Source of the DNA: an uncultured Mycoplasmataceae bacterium
GTDB taxonomy: Bacteria > Bacillota_I > Bacilli_A > Mycoplasmatales > Mycoplasmoidaceae
Length of the DNA stretch: 64,000 nucleotides
Reading direction: 5' to 3'
Assembly (NCBI GenBank): GCA_947429165.1
Contig: CANEON010000001.1
Span: 237,021 to 301,020 of the forward strand
Shown here: positions 36,372-47,201 of the stretch, one piece after another
Layout of the letters: each line of letters starts with the position of its first letter
How positions within the stretch are numbered: the stretch's first letter is position 1
Program-made: the position numbers and the translations under genes
Notes under the pieces: generated by a model
The model's input: only the letters and a program-made list of their open reading frames with translations
Database searches by the model: none
Told to the model about the DNA's origin: nothing

Positions 36372-37535
36372 TTATTTGTGTGATTTTTTTCAACAATTTG
36401 CTACAGCTTTTGCTACAGCTTTAGGCACAGCCATATCTAATGCTGATGGAAGAATATAGTTTTTATTTAATTGACTTGGTTTTACCAATTTAGCAATTGC
36501 CTTTGCTGCAGTAATTTTCATTTCATCTGTAATTTGTTTTGCGCCCGCATCAAGAGCACCTCTAAAGATTCCAGGGAAAACCATAACATTGTTAATTTGA
36601 TTAGGGAAATCACTTCTTCCTGTCCCCATAACTTCAACACCTGCTTTAAGTGCAACATCTGGCATAATTTCGGGAATAGGATTTGCCATCGCTAACACGA
36701 TTGGCTTTTTATTCATTCCTTTAATCATCTCAGGCTTTAAGACGTTACCTGCAGAAACACCAATAAAAATATCTGCACCTTTTAATGCATCAGTTAAAGT
36801 ACCTTTAACTTTTTTCTTATTAGTAATTTTTGCCAATTGTTTTTGGTAAATGTTTATCTTTTTATCATTTGGATTTAAAATTCCTGTTCTATTACAGAAG
36901 ATAAGATTTCCTATACCCATTTTTAGTAATAATTTACCAATAGCCATACCAGCAGCACCAGGACCATTAATAACTGCGGTAACTTTGCCCATATCCTTTT
37001 TAACAACTTTTAAAGCATTGATAATTGCTGCAGCAACAATAATTGCAGTACCATGTTGATCATCGTGAAAAATTGGAATATCACACATTGCTTTTAATTT
37101 GTCTTCAATTTCAATACATCTTGGACTAGCAATGTCTTCTAAATTAATACCACCAAATGAACCTGATAGTAAATAAATTGTTTTTACAATGTCATCAACA
37201 CTCTTAGATTTAATACATAATGGAACCGCATTTACATTTGCAAATCTTTTAAACAATGCGCATTTACCTTCCATAACAGGCATACCAGCTTCTGGGCCAA
37301 TATCACCTAATCCTAATACTGCTGTACCATCAGTAACAACAGCAATAGTGTTTTTTCTTCATGTTAAGTCATAAGACTTTTTAATATCTTTTTGAATAGC
37401 TAAACAAGGAGCAGCAACTCCTGGTGTATATGCTAAAGCAAGATCTTGTTTGTTGTTAATTGGCGCTTTACAAACAATATCAATTTTTCCTTTTCATTTA
37501 GCATGTAATTCTAATGATTTTTTACCGTAATCCAT
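36372..37535 (-). CDS. NAD(P)-dependent malic enzyme (short form)
   Basis: The N-terminus read to the ATG at 37535 is MDYGKKSLELHAKWKGKI.... Motifs: VVTDGTAVLGLGDIGPEAGMPVMEGKCALFK and INGPGAAGMAIG (Rossmann). Tail read across TGA to TAA at 36372. Confidence 0.85.
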
Positions 37536-37554
37536 AATTATTCTCCTTTATTTA

Positions 37555-38928
37555 TTAAACCATTTTTTTTGGGTCTACGATCTTAATAAATTCTCGATCA
37601 GGAATTATATTAAGATGTCTATTTGCTTCTCTTAATGTTACTTTATGTTTATATGCATATTTAGAAATAGCAGCAGACTTTTCATAACCTATTGCATCTT
37701 TAAGTTGAGTGACTAGCATTAATGAATTATTAACTAATTCACTCATACGATCTTCGTTAACTGTAATTCCAGAAACACAATGAATATTAAAACTATTAAT
37801 CATATCTGATAACAATGTTACAGAAGTAATGAAATCTTGAATCAGGTAAGTACCAAAAGTATTTAATTCGAAATTTCCTTGAGATGCTAAAAACGCAATA
37901 GATGAGTCATATCCAAATACATTAATGCACATCATTGCCATACCTTCACATTGTGTTGGGTTTACTTTACCCGGCATAATTGAACTTCCTGGCTCGTTTT
38001 GTGGAATGTTGATTTCACCAAACCCAGATCTTGGTCCAGAAGCTAAGAATCTAATATCTTGTGCAATTTTATATAAATCCATTGCTAAGGCTTTAATTGC
38101 GCCGTGTGCATATGCTATTGTTCCTTTCGATCAAGAAGCATAATATTTATTGCCAACAACTTTAAACTTTTTTGTATTTAATATCTTGTTAATTTCATTA
38201 ACACAATAGTGATCATAGTTATGCTTTGGTGCTGTACATCCAGAACCAATTGCAGTACCACCACAATTTAAATAATATTGTGTTTCAATTGCCTGTTTAG
38301 CGTTTTTTAAATCAGTTTCAATTGCAAATCTTCAGCCACTAACTTCTTGACCAAAAGTTAAAGGAACAGCATCTTGAATGTGTGTTCTACCTAACTTGAC
38401 AACATTTGCATATTTTTTTTCTAGTTTTTTAAAACTGTTAATTAATCCTTCTGCAGCAGGAACTAAGTATTTATTAAATACATAGATTGCAGTCATATTT
38501 GTTGATGATGTATATGAATCATTTGTAGATTGAGACATATTAGCATCATCATTTGGATGAATCATCTTTTTCTTTGCAATTTGGTTGGCGCGATGAGCAA
38601 TAACTTCGTTAATGTTCATATTTGTTTGCGTACCACTACCAGCTTGAAAAGCTTTTGTAGGGAAGTGTTTGTCTAATTTACCTTCTCAAATTTCTTTACA
38701 AACTTTATATATCAAGTCAGCTTTTTGCTTAGGCATCTTTTTACATTTGTAGTTTGCAATAGCACATGCAGCTTTTAAAACTGCTAGTTGATGAATTAAA
38801 TCAAGACTAACTATTTCATGGCCAATTTTAAAGTTTTGTAAACTTCTTTGGGTTTGTGGCCCTCACAATGCCCAATTTGGTACTTCAATTTTTCCTAATG
38901 AATCTTTTTCGATATGACATTTTTTCAT
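37555..38928 (-). CDS. class II fumarase/aspartase-superfamily lyase, divergent paralogue
   Basis: [17 protein letters not shown]-loop and GRTHIQDAVPLTFGQE. The second conserved block reads SQSTNDSYTSSTN instead of [13 protein letters not shown]. ORFs 38332-38619 and 37555-38082 are in frame. ATG at 38928. Confidence 0.8.
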
Positions 38929-38941
38929 AATCATTTAATCT

Positions 38942-40309
38942 CTAACACATTTTTGATGGATCAACAATTTGATCAAATTCTTTTTCTGATAAATATCCAG
39001 ATTTTATAGCAGCTTGTTTTAATGAAATTCCTTCTTTAACAGCAAGTTTTACAATTGTTGCTGCTTTATCGTAACCAATCTTTGTGTTTAATGATGTTGC
39101 CAACATTAAACAATGGTCTAAATTGTTCTTTATTCTCTTGTTATTTGGTGTAATTCCAATAACACATTTTTTATTGAATGAGTCCATTCCATCAGCTAGC
39201 AAATTTATTGATTGGTTGATGTTATAAGCAATCATCGGCATAAATGTATTTAATTGAAAATTACCTTGAGTATTACCAATTGTAATTGCTAAATTGTTTG
39301 CAATCACTTGAATACACAACATCATCATGCTTTCACATTGAGTTGGGTTGACCTTACCAGGCATAATCGAACTTCCCGGTTCGTTTTGTGGGATGAATAT
39401 TTCTCCTATACCGCAATTCGGACCAGATGATAATCATCTAATATCATTTGCAATTTTATATAAGTTTTCAGCAAGAATCTTTAAACAAGAATGAAAATGT
39501 GAAACGCTATCTTTCGAACTCAAACCATGGAATTTGTTTTTCATTGGAGTTACTTTTGTCCCAACAATATTAGATAAATGTTTGCATACTATAGTGTCAA
39601 AGTTTTTAGGTGTATTTAATCCTGTACCTACCGCTGTTCCACCAATAGGGATCATAGAAACAAACTTAATAGATTGTTCAATCATGTCTTTTGCGTTTTC
39701 TAGCATCGCAATATAAGCAGAGAACTCTTGAGAAAGTTTGATTGGTGTTGCATCTTGTAAGTGTGTTCTACCAACCTTAATTACTTTTTCAAAATTTTTA
39801 GTTATCTTCTTTAAAGAGTTTATTAACGATTGCAAAGAAGGAATTAATTTCTTCTTTGTTAAGATCAAACACATTAAATGAATTGCAGTGGGAAATGTGT
39901 CATTCGAACTTTGCGACATATTAACATGATCATTTGGGTGAACATTTGTTTTTGAATTCATGCTTAATGATCTGTTTGCAATAACTTCGTTAACATTCAT
40001 GTTTGTTTGTGTCCCACTTCCTGTTTGTCATATAGAAAGAGGGAAGTTATCATCTAACTTACCCGATAATATTTCATCAACAACTTTACATATTAGATTT
40101 GCTCTTGTTGTATCAAGTTTTTTTGCATCTTTGTTAGCTAATGCACAACCCTTTTTTATCATAGCCAAAGAATAAATTAATGTCTTTGGCATTTTCTCAT
40201 CATTAATGGTAAAATTTTGTTTACTTCTTTGAGTTTGAGGCCCTCAATATTTATCACATGGAACTTCAATTTCACCAATTGAATCCTTCATTATTTTTGT
40301 CTTACTCAT
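38942..40309 (-). CDS. fumC: class II fumarate hydratase
   Basis: Canonical FumC blocks: [48 protein letters not shown] and [18 protein letters not shown] at 40309. Confidence 0.85.
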
Positions 40310-40364
40310 AATTCATCTATTTAAATAATTATATTATTTAAATATTTGTAAATTAATTTAACTA

Positions 40365-40697
40365 TTATTTAGTTCATTTATGTTGTTTAAATTGTTGAAG
40401 AACAAAGTTATTAAATTCTTTCTGTTCTTTAAATTGTTCAAGAACAAAGGCATTAAATTTAGTTTGTTGTTTATTAAATTGCTGTTGTTGGCTGATGAAA
40501 TCTAAAACACGATTGTTAAATTGATCTTGTTTTTTCTCGTAATCAATAAATCATTCAGGTTTTTTCACAATTTCACCAGTTCCCTTAATACTCATTATAT
40601 CAACAACATATTTCTTATTATTTACACACTTAATGATCTCTATAAGAGATCTTCTTGATTTACCTAATTTATACTTTTCATTACACTTATTATTCAT
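40365..40697 (-). CDS. hypothetical 110-aa protein with Q/F/N-rich C-terminal repeats (absent from the ORF track because of two TGA codons)
   Basis: Walked codon by codon: MNNKCNEKYKLGKSRRSLIEIIKCVNN...FNAFVLEQFKEQKEFNNFVLQQFKQHKWTK*. No family recognised. Confidence 0.4.
40386..40459 (-). repeat. imperfect direct repeat of about 32 bp with a 42-bp period
   Basis: tttaaattgttgaagaacaaagttattaaatt versus tttaaattgttcaagaacaaaggcattaaatt; encodes FN.FVL.QFK. Confidence 0.6.
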
Positions 40698-40788
40698 AGT
40701 GAAATAATCTTAATACAAAAGTGGATAAATAAAGGCACTTAAATAGTTAAAAAATTTATCAATTAATTTTCAAAATTATTCTAATTTT

Positions 40789-43626
40789 TTATAGTATTTC
40801 TTTTAAATATTTAGCTGTGTATGAAATATCATCATGGGAAGCAACTTGTTCTGGTGTTCCTGTTGCAATAATTTTTCCACCAGCTTCCCCGCCATCTGGA
40901 CCTATATCGATAATGTGATCAGCACATTTAATTAAATCTAAATTGTGTTCGATAACAATAATTGTGCTTCCTGCATCAACTATTCTATTTAACACTTTAA
41001 TTAAATTTGCAATATCGTGTGTATGTAAACCTGTTGTTGGTTCATCCAAAATAAGAATTGTATTCTTACCACTTCTTCTTTGTAAAAATTTTGCAAGTTT
41101 AATTCTTTGAGCTTCACCACCAGAAAGTCTATCTGAAGGTGTGCCTAGTTTTAAATATCCTAAACCAACGTCATTCATTAACTGGATTTTGTGGTGAATA
41201 TTTGGAATGTTTTTAAAGAATTCCAACGCTTCAACAACAGACATATCTAAAACATCAAATATTGATTTACCTTTATATTTAATTTGAAGTGTTTCTTCGT
41301 TATATCTTTTACCGTGACATTCATCGCATGTGATATATACATCTGGTAAAAAGTGCATTTCAATTCTAATTACACCATCACCTCAACACTTTTCACATCT
41401 TCCGCCTGAAACATTAAATGAAAATCTTCCTTTTGTATATCCTCTGGCTTTCGCTTCGGGAGTTGAAGCAAATAATTCTCTGATGTCGTCGAAAACACCA
41501 ACATATGTTGCCGGATTACTTCTTGGAGTTCTACCAATTGGTTCTTGACTCACCATGATAAGTTTGTCAACATCTTGAGCACCGATTAAGCTTTTAATCT
41601 TTGGTGCTTTAACAAAAGGATTAAATACTAATCTCTGAATATTTTTAGCAAGAGCTTCATTAATTAATGAAGATTTACCTGAACCTGACACTCCGGTTAC
41701 AGCAATAAATTTTCCTAATGGTATTGTTACATCAACGTTCTTCAAGTTGTTAACGGTAGCACCTTTTAAAATTATTTTTTTACCATTACCTGATCTTCTT
41801 GTTTTAGGAACTGGAATAAATTTTTCTCCACTTAAATATTGCCCTGTTAATGAATCTTTATTTTGAATTATTTCTTGTGGTGTTCCTTTAGCAATAATCT
41901 TCCCACCAAATTGTCCTGCGCCTGGACCAACATCAATAATGTAATCAGACTCTAACATGGTTTCTGTATCGTGTTCAACAACTAATAGCGTATTACCTAA
42001 ATCTCTCATTTTTTTAAGAGTATTAATCAACATTCTATTATCTTTTTGATGTAAACCAATAGACGGTTCATCTAATACATATAAGACGCCGGTTAGTGAG
42101 CTTCCGATTTGTGTAGCAAGTCTAATTCTTTGAGCTTCACCACCAGAAAGTGTTGCAGCACTTCTACTTAATGTTAAATATCCTAAACCGACATTATCTA
42201 AAAATGTAAGACGATCAATAATTTCTTTTAAGGCTAGTTTAGCAATTTTTTGTTGGTTCTCAGTTAACTTTAAATCTAAGAAGAAATCAATTAATCTTCT
42301 AATAGATAGATTTGTTAAATCTATGATTGATTGACCATTAATTTTTACACATAATGCAGCTTGTGATAAACGTTGTCCTTTACAGTCTGGACAAACTTTT
42401 TCAGACATATATTTTGAATAATATTGTCTTGCTTGTTCACTAGATGTTTCTAAATGTCTACGTTTAACTAAAGATAAAACACCTTCAGCATAGTCATATT
42501 TACTATAGACATTACCTCCACTTGATTTTATAGTGATATCAATTGGTTCTGGAGAACCACACATAATAATGTCCATTTCTTTTTTTGTGAATTGGCTTAA
42601 TGGTTTTGATTTTGAAATTTTGTAATGTTTTAATAATTGATCAAATCTTAACCAATCCATTGATGTTGTGTTTACGGTGTTTTTAAAATAATCTAATCCG
42701 CCTTCATTAATACTTAATGAACGGTCAATTATCATTTTATTTTCATCTGGTTCGTATGTAAAACCTAATCCCTTACATTTTTGGCAAGCACCAACCGGAG
42801 AATTAAAAGAGAATAATCTTGGTTCTAATTCCGGAATGTTAAACCCGCACACTTTACAAGCGTGAGATTGAGAATATAAAGTTTCTTTGTCATTGACTAA
42901 AACTACAACTTTATTTCCTCCATGTTTAATCGCTGTTTCAACAGCTTCTGTTATTCTAGATTTTGTATCATTATCTTTGTTTCCAATAATACGATCTACA
43001 ACAATATCAATGTAATGAAATTTGTTTTTTTCTAAATTAATTTCTGAGTCAAGAGATAGTATTTCTCCGTCAATTCTTACACGTAAAAAACCCTCAGCTT
43101 TTAATTTATCTAATTCATTTTTAAATGTTCCTTTTTGTTTGTAAGCAATTGGAGATAAAATTTGAATCTTGTCGTTTTCTTCAAACGAATCAAATATTTT
43201 GTTAACTATTTGTTTAATAGTTAAAGTTTCAATTTTGCCATGACCATTAGGACAATATGGTTCACCAATTCTTGCAAATAAAACTCTTAAATAATCATAA
43301 ATTTCAGTAACTGTACCAACAGTAGATCTAGGATTGTTTGAGGTTGATTTTTGGTCAATAGCAATAGCTGGGGATAATCCTTCAATTGAGTCTACATCGG
43401 GTTTTTCGTTGCCACCTAAAAATTGTCTAGCATAAGAAGAAAGAGATTCTAAATATCTTCTTTGTCCTTCGGCATATATAGTGTCAAAAGCAAGCGAAGA
43501 TTTACCAGAACCAGACAAACCAGTAATAACTACTAATTTGTTTTTTGGTATATCTATGCTTACATTTTTTATATTATTTTCTCTTGCTCCATGAACAGAG
43601 ATGTAATTTAACGTTTTATCACTCAT
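40789..43626 (-). CDS. uvrA: excinuclease ABC subunit A
   Basis: ORFs 41383-43626 and 40789-41358 are in frame across TGA (CEKCWGDG). Two ABC modules and zinc-finger cysteines. 945 aa. Confidence 0.97.
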
Positions 43627-43639
43627 AGGGTAATTTATT

Positions 43640-43658
43640 TTACCACATTATGTGGTAA
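43640..43658. promoter_or_regulatory. perfect 8-bp-arm palindrome ttaccaca-tta-tgtggtaa just upstream of uvrA
   Basis: Read directly. It lies 14-32 nt upstream of the uvrA ATG and 18 nt downstream of the stop of the preceding gene. It could be a weak terminator or an operator. Confidence 0.3.
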
Positions 43659-43675
43659 TCAAAAATTATCTGCAA

Positions 43676-44008
43676 CTATTTTTCTTTCTTAGTTTGAGAC
43701 TTTGCTTCGATTTTTTTCTTAGATTCTAATTTACTTGCGTGTTTTTTTAAAAAATCGTATGTAAATTTAGAATTTTCATTAACAAATTCTTCAAGTAATT
43801 CTGAATACTTAGAAAGTTTGCTTAATGCCTCAACTGTAGGCATTAACATTTCAGATTTATATGTTATATCTTCTACTAAATAATCGGTTTTTTTAGAAAC
43901 AATTCCGATTTTTCTAAAAGCGATAATTGCATATAAAAGAGAAAAGATTAATAAGATTAATGCAATTATTCCTAAAACTATAAATGTTAATTCAACTTGT
44001 TGTGACAT
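43676..44008 (-). CDS. small membrane protein, DUF948-like (N-terminal TM helix + coiled coil)
   Basis: 110 aa with the single N-terminal helix LTFIVLGIIALILLIFSLLYAIIAF followed by a charged helical region. Confidence 0.5.
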   Translation of the reverse strand: MSQQVELTFIVLGIIALILLIFSLLYAIIAFRKIGIVSKKTDYLVEDITYKSEMLMPTVEALSKLSKYSELLEEFVNENSKFTYDFLKKHASKLESKKKIEAKSQTKKEK

Positions 44009-44060
44009 ATTTGTGTTTGATAAATATTATATTATTACAATATACATTTAAAATATATTT

Positions 44061-44786
44061 ATGGACTTTGCAAAAGCTAAAGAATGAATTTTAAGTTCTA
44101 AAAGACTAATAGTGTTCACTGGAGCTGGTGTTTCAGTAGAAAGTGGAATACCACCTTTTACTGGTGTTGGTGGATTATGAACACAATACGATCCTAAGTT
44201 TATAGAGCTAGATTATTTTTATAATAATCCCGAAAATTCTTGAAAAGAAATCTACAAGATTTTCTATCAATTTATGGATAAAGCAAAACCCAATTTTGCC
44301 CACAAAGAAATTGGTAGATTATACAAAGAAGGAATTGTAAAATCAGTAATTACACAGAACATCGATAATCTTCATCAAGAGGGTGGCGTTGATAAAGTAA
44401 TAGAGTTTCATGGTACTACAAAAACGTTGGTTTGTCCTAAATGTAATAAACAACTTAAAGCTGATAAAAACATTCTTTCTTCTATTCCACCAAAATGTAC
44501 AAGTTGTGGGTCTATATTAAAACCAAATTTTGTTTTTTATGGAGAACAAATAAATCCAGAAATTCACAATAAAGCATTCGACGAAATAGTTCGTGCAGAT
44601 GTAATATTAATAATCGGAACATCTGGCCAAGTTATGCCAGCAAATAGCTTACCTTATCTTGCAAAGCAAGAAAACAAAGATATTAAGATTATTGAAGTTA
44701 ATCCAAAAAAATCAACTTTTACGGACGCAATAGTTGATTTATATTTCCCTGTAAAAGCAACAGAATTCTTTGAAAAAATTAAATAG
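44061..44786 (+). CDS. cobB: NAD-dependent protein deacylase (sirtuin, CobB-like)
   Basis: The ATG at 44061 is in frame with track ORF 44274 (213 nt apart) across three TGA codons. Motifs: GAGVSVESGIPPFTGVGGLW, QNIDNLH, and the Zn ribbon CPKC...CTSC. Confidence 0.8.
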
Positions 44787-45867
44787 AGTAAGTCGTTTCG
44801 TAAAAGTTTTTCCTTTTCTGGCAAACGGCGTGCCTCGCAAGACAACCGGCATATATTACTAGAATTAGCATTAATATTGCAGGTTGAATAAAACTATATG
44901 CAACACTTTTTGCACCGACACTAACTATATTTAAATTCATAAATGCGACTATTGTTCCGTATATTATCGCAACAACAATATCGGCAAGAATATAAAATCT
45001 AGCACCCCCCCCTAGAGGTTTCTTATCGTCTTTATATATTCTTCCTCATGTAAGTTCTTCACCACTTCCAAAACGATTTTGTGTGTCATAATATCCCATC
45101 ATTCAACCAAAATTTATAAATAATTTATTGAATCAGTTTGCGACTTTGTCGTTTTTAACAAAACGCATTGCTATTCAGCAAACAATACAAATAATAACTG
45201 ACGGAATCCAATCTACAAAAAAATGTGCTTTTAAAACAAAAGTAGAGACACAAACCATTACTGCATAACAAGAAAATAATGAAGTGAAAATTCATTTTCA
45301 AATTAATATTTTTTTGCTATCTTTTTTGTTCGTTTTATTAAAGAAATTAAAATCAATAATTGCAAACATTAAAAGTATTTCATTGGTACAGTGATTACTT
45401 GGAAAAGAAAGCAACGGAAAGTTGGTGTTAAGCATCCATTTTTCAATGTCGTTTCAAAATCCGAATTGGTTTACCATCTGCTGTTTAGCATATTGTTGAA
45501 CCGGTTCTGAGCTAACAGGAAGAATAATACTAATTACAAAACAAATCGAGTAAACGAGAATTTCAATACTTATTAATTTACCAAATCTTTTAGGTCCATA
45601 AACTAAAAATAATACTATCGGAACTATTGTTCATGTAGGAACAGCAGTTAGATAAAATGCATTGAATCAAGAAATAATTGGAATATTGTAGTCACATGTA
45701 ATAAGTGAAAGTGGTGGATAAGCGCCACTATTTTGATAAGTTTTTTGAATAGCGACTACAAAATTCCCTTCATATGATTGAATCACACAAAAAATCACTG
45801 TCCAAATTAATGCAGCAAATAGACAGTGATGAAACTTTAACAAATTATGTTTAGTTTTTGGAAGCAT
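44779..45867 (-). CDS. polytopic membrane protein, PAP2-superfamily-like, carrying a G8 tract
   Basis: The ATG at 45867 overlaps the rplA stop (TAATG). 362 aa in one frame across TGA codons. FPSNH and STFVLKAHFFVD fit the PAP2 C2 (PSGH) and C3 (SRx5Hx3D) patterns loosely. Ends at TAA 44779. Confidence 0.5.
45005..45012 (-). repeat. G8 homopolymer (C8 on + strand) inside the coding sequence (codes GGG)
   Basis: Counted across the blocks agcacccccc cctagaggtt. Currently in frame (PLGGGARF). Confidence 0.8.
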
Positions 45868-46547
45868 TATTTTGCAAATAACACTTTAATTGAAGGACCC
45901 ATTGTTGTAGATAAATAGATCTTTTGAATGTATTCACCTTTAACTGTTGAAGGTCTTTTAGATTTAATAAAATCTAATAAAACATTGAAGTTTTCAATAA
46001 CTTTTTCTGCTCCAGCAGACACTTTACCAATTGTCATATGAATGTTACCATATGTATCAGTACGGTAGTTCATTTTACCTTTTTTGAATTCCTTAACTGC
46101 ATCTAATGGTTTAGGTGTAACTGTACCTAATTTAGGGTTAGGCATTAAACCTTTAGGACCTAAAATCTTACCTAATTTAGATAATTCTGGCATGAATTTA
46201 GGTGTAGTAATAATTACATCAAAATCTAATCAACCATTTTTAATATCAGCAATTTTGTCGCTTCCACCAAAGTAATCAGCACCAGCTTCTTTAGCTTGAG
46301 CTTTAGTAACGTCGCTACTAATTAATAAAACTCTTTTTGATTTACCAAAGTAATGAGGTAAAGCAATAGTTCCTCTTAATTGTTGTTCGGCTTTAGTTGT
46401 ATCAAGGTTTAACTTGATAGCAACATCGATTGAAGAATCAAATTTAGTTGTTGAAGTTTTCTTAGCGATAGCTACAGCTTCTTCAATAGAATACAATTTT
46501 TTTGTATCAAAAAGCGATTTAGCACTTTTATATTTTTTTCCAGGCAT
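45867..46547 (-). CDS. rplA: 50S ribosomal protein L1
   Basis: ORFs 46230-46547 and 45867-46193 are in frame across TGA. Contains GKILGPKGLMPNPK. Confidence 0.95.
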
Positions 46548-47002
46548 TATTTCTTACCTCCGTTTTTAACAGGTGTTAAATCAACATCTTTAATCTTGAT
46601 TCCCATTTGTTTTGCAGTACCTGCAATCATTCTTAATGCAGCTTCTTCATCATATGCATTAAGGTCAGGTAGTTTGTATCTAGCAATTTCTAAAGCTTGT
46701 TCTTTAGTAATTGTAGCAACTGTATCAGTTAATTGGTTTTTACCAGCCGTTTGAATCTTAGCAGCTTTCTTTAACATAACTGATGCAGGTGTAGTCTTAA
46801 TGATAAAAGTAAAAGACTTGTCTGAGAATGCAGTAATAACACATGGTACTACTTCTCCCATACGATCTCTAGTTTTATCATTGAATTGTTTAGTGAATTC
46901 AGCCATATTAATACCAATAGACGCAAGTGCTGGTCCTGGTTTGGCTTGTCCACCAATTAGTTGAATCTTAGCGATTCTCTTTATTTCTTTTTTAGCAGCC
47001 AC
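46547..47002 (-). CDS. rplK: 50S ribosomal protein L11 (GTG start)
   Basis: [30 protein letters not shown] lies 8 nt upstream of the GTG at 47002. Confidence 0.95.
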   Translation of the reverse strand: MAAKKEIKRIAKIQLIGGQAKPGPALASIGINMAEFTKQFNDKTRDRMGEVVPCVITAFSDKSFTFIIKTTPASVMLKKAAKIQTAGKNQLTDTVATITKEQALEIARYKLPDLNAYDEEAALRMIAGTAKQMGIKIKDVDLTPVKNGGKK

Positions 47003-47094
47003 AAGTAACTTCTCCTTTCCTATATATTATTTGTAAGTTCTCTACGTGGTTTATTGACATTTTGCCTTCCACATGCTACTTAATTTGTGTATTT

Positions 47095-47122
47095 ATTATA
47101 TAAAGTTTTTAAAAAAAAGCAA
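47095..47122 (-). promoter_or_regulatory. putative sigma-70-type promoter of rplK-rplA (TTGCTT-16nt-TATAAT)
   Basis: Read on the minus strand. It would give a leader of about 90 nt before the rplK GTG. Confidence 0.35.
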
Positions 47123-47201
47123 ATTTTGTTTAGTTGTTGGTAAAATTTTACCTACAAATATATTTAATAACAAATATTAAATATCTTTATAATAGAAAAA
47201 T

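Noticed and set aside
44156-44159. Suspected frameshift at the T-run in the sirtuin N-terminus.
   Set aside because: On recounting, the ATG at 44061 is 213 nt (71 codons) upstream of track ORF 44274, and CCA CCT TTT ACT GGT reads GIPPFTGVGGLW in frame. My first count was a transcription slip.
44061-44786. SIR2-domain gene next to a small membrane protein, considered as a possible SIR2-based defence system.
   Set aside because: It is a 241-aa stand-alone CobB-type sirtuin with the usual Zn ribbon. It has no fused or adjacent effector, sensor, HerA or TIR-like partner. It looks like a housekeeping deacylase.
44800-44850. A locally GC-rich patch (ctggcaaacggcgtgcctcgcaagacaaccggc) in an otherwise AT-rich region, considered as a structured RNA or convergent terminator.
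   Set aside because: It is in frame within the PAP2-like gene, coding the AGCLARHAVCQKRK tail. Only 3-4 bp stems can be drawn. Nothing indicates a separate element.
47003-47094. Possible L1-binding autoregulatory leader upstream of rplK (short stem ATGTGG/CCACGT).
   Set aside because: A leader of about 90 nt is plausible, but I cannot match it to the L1-stalk mimic by eye. It needs a covariance-model search.
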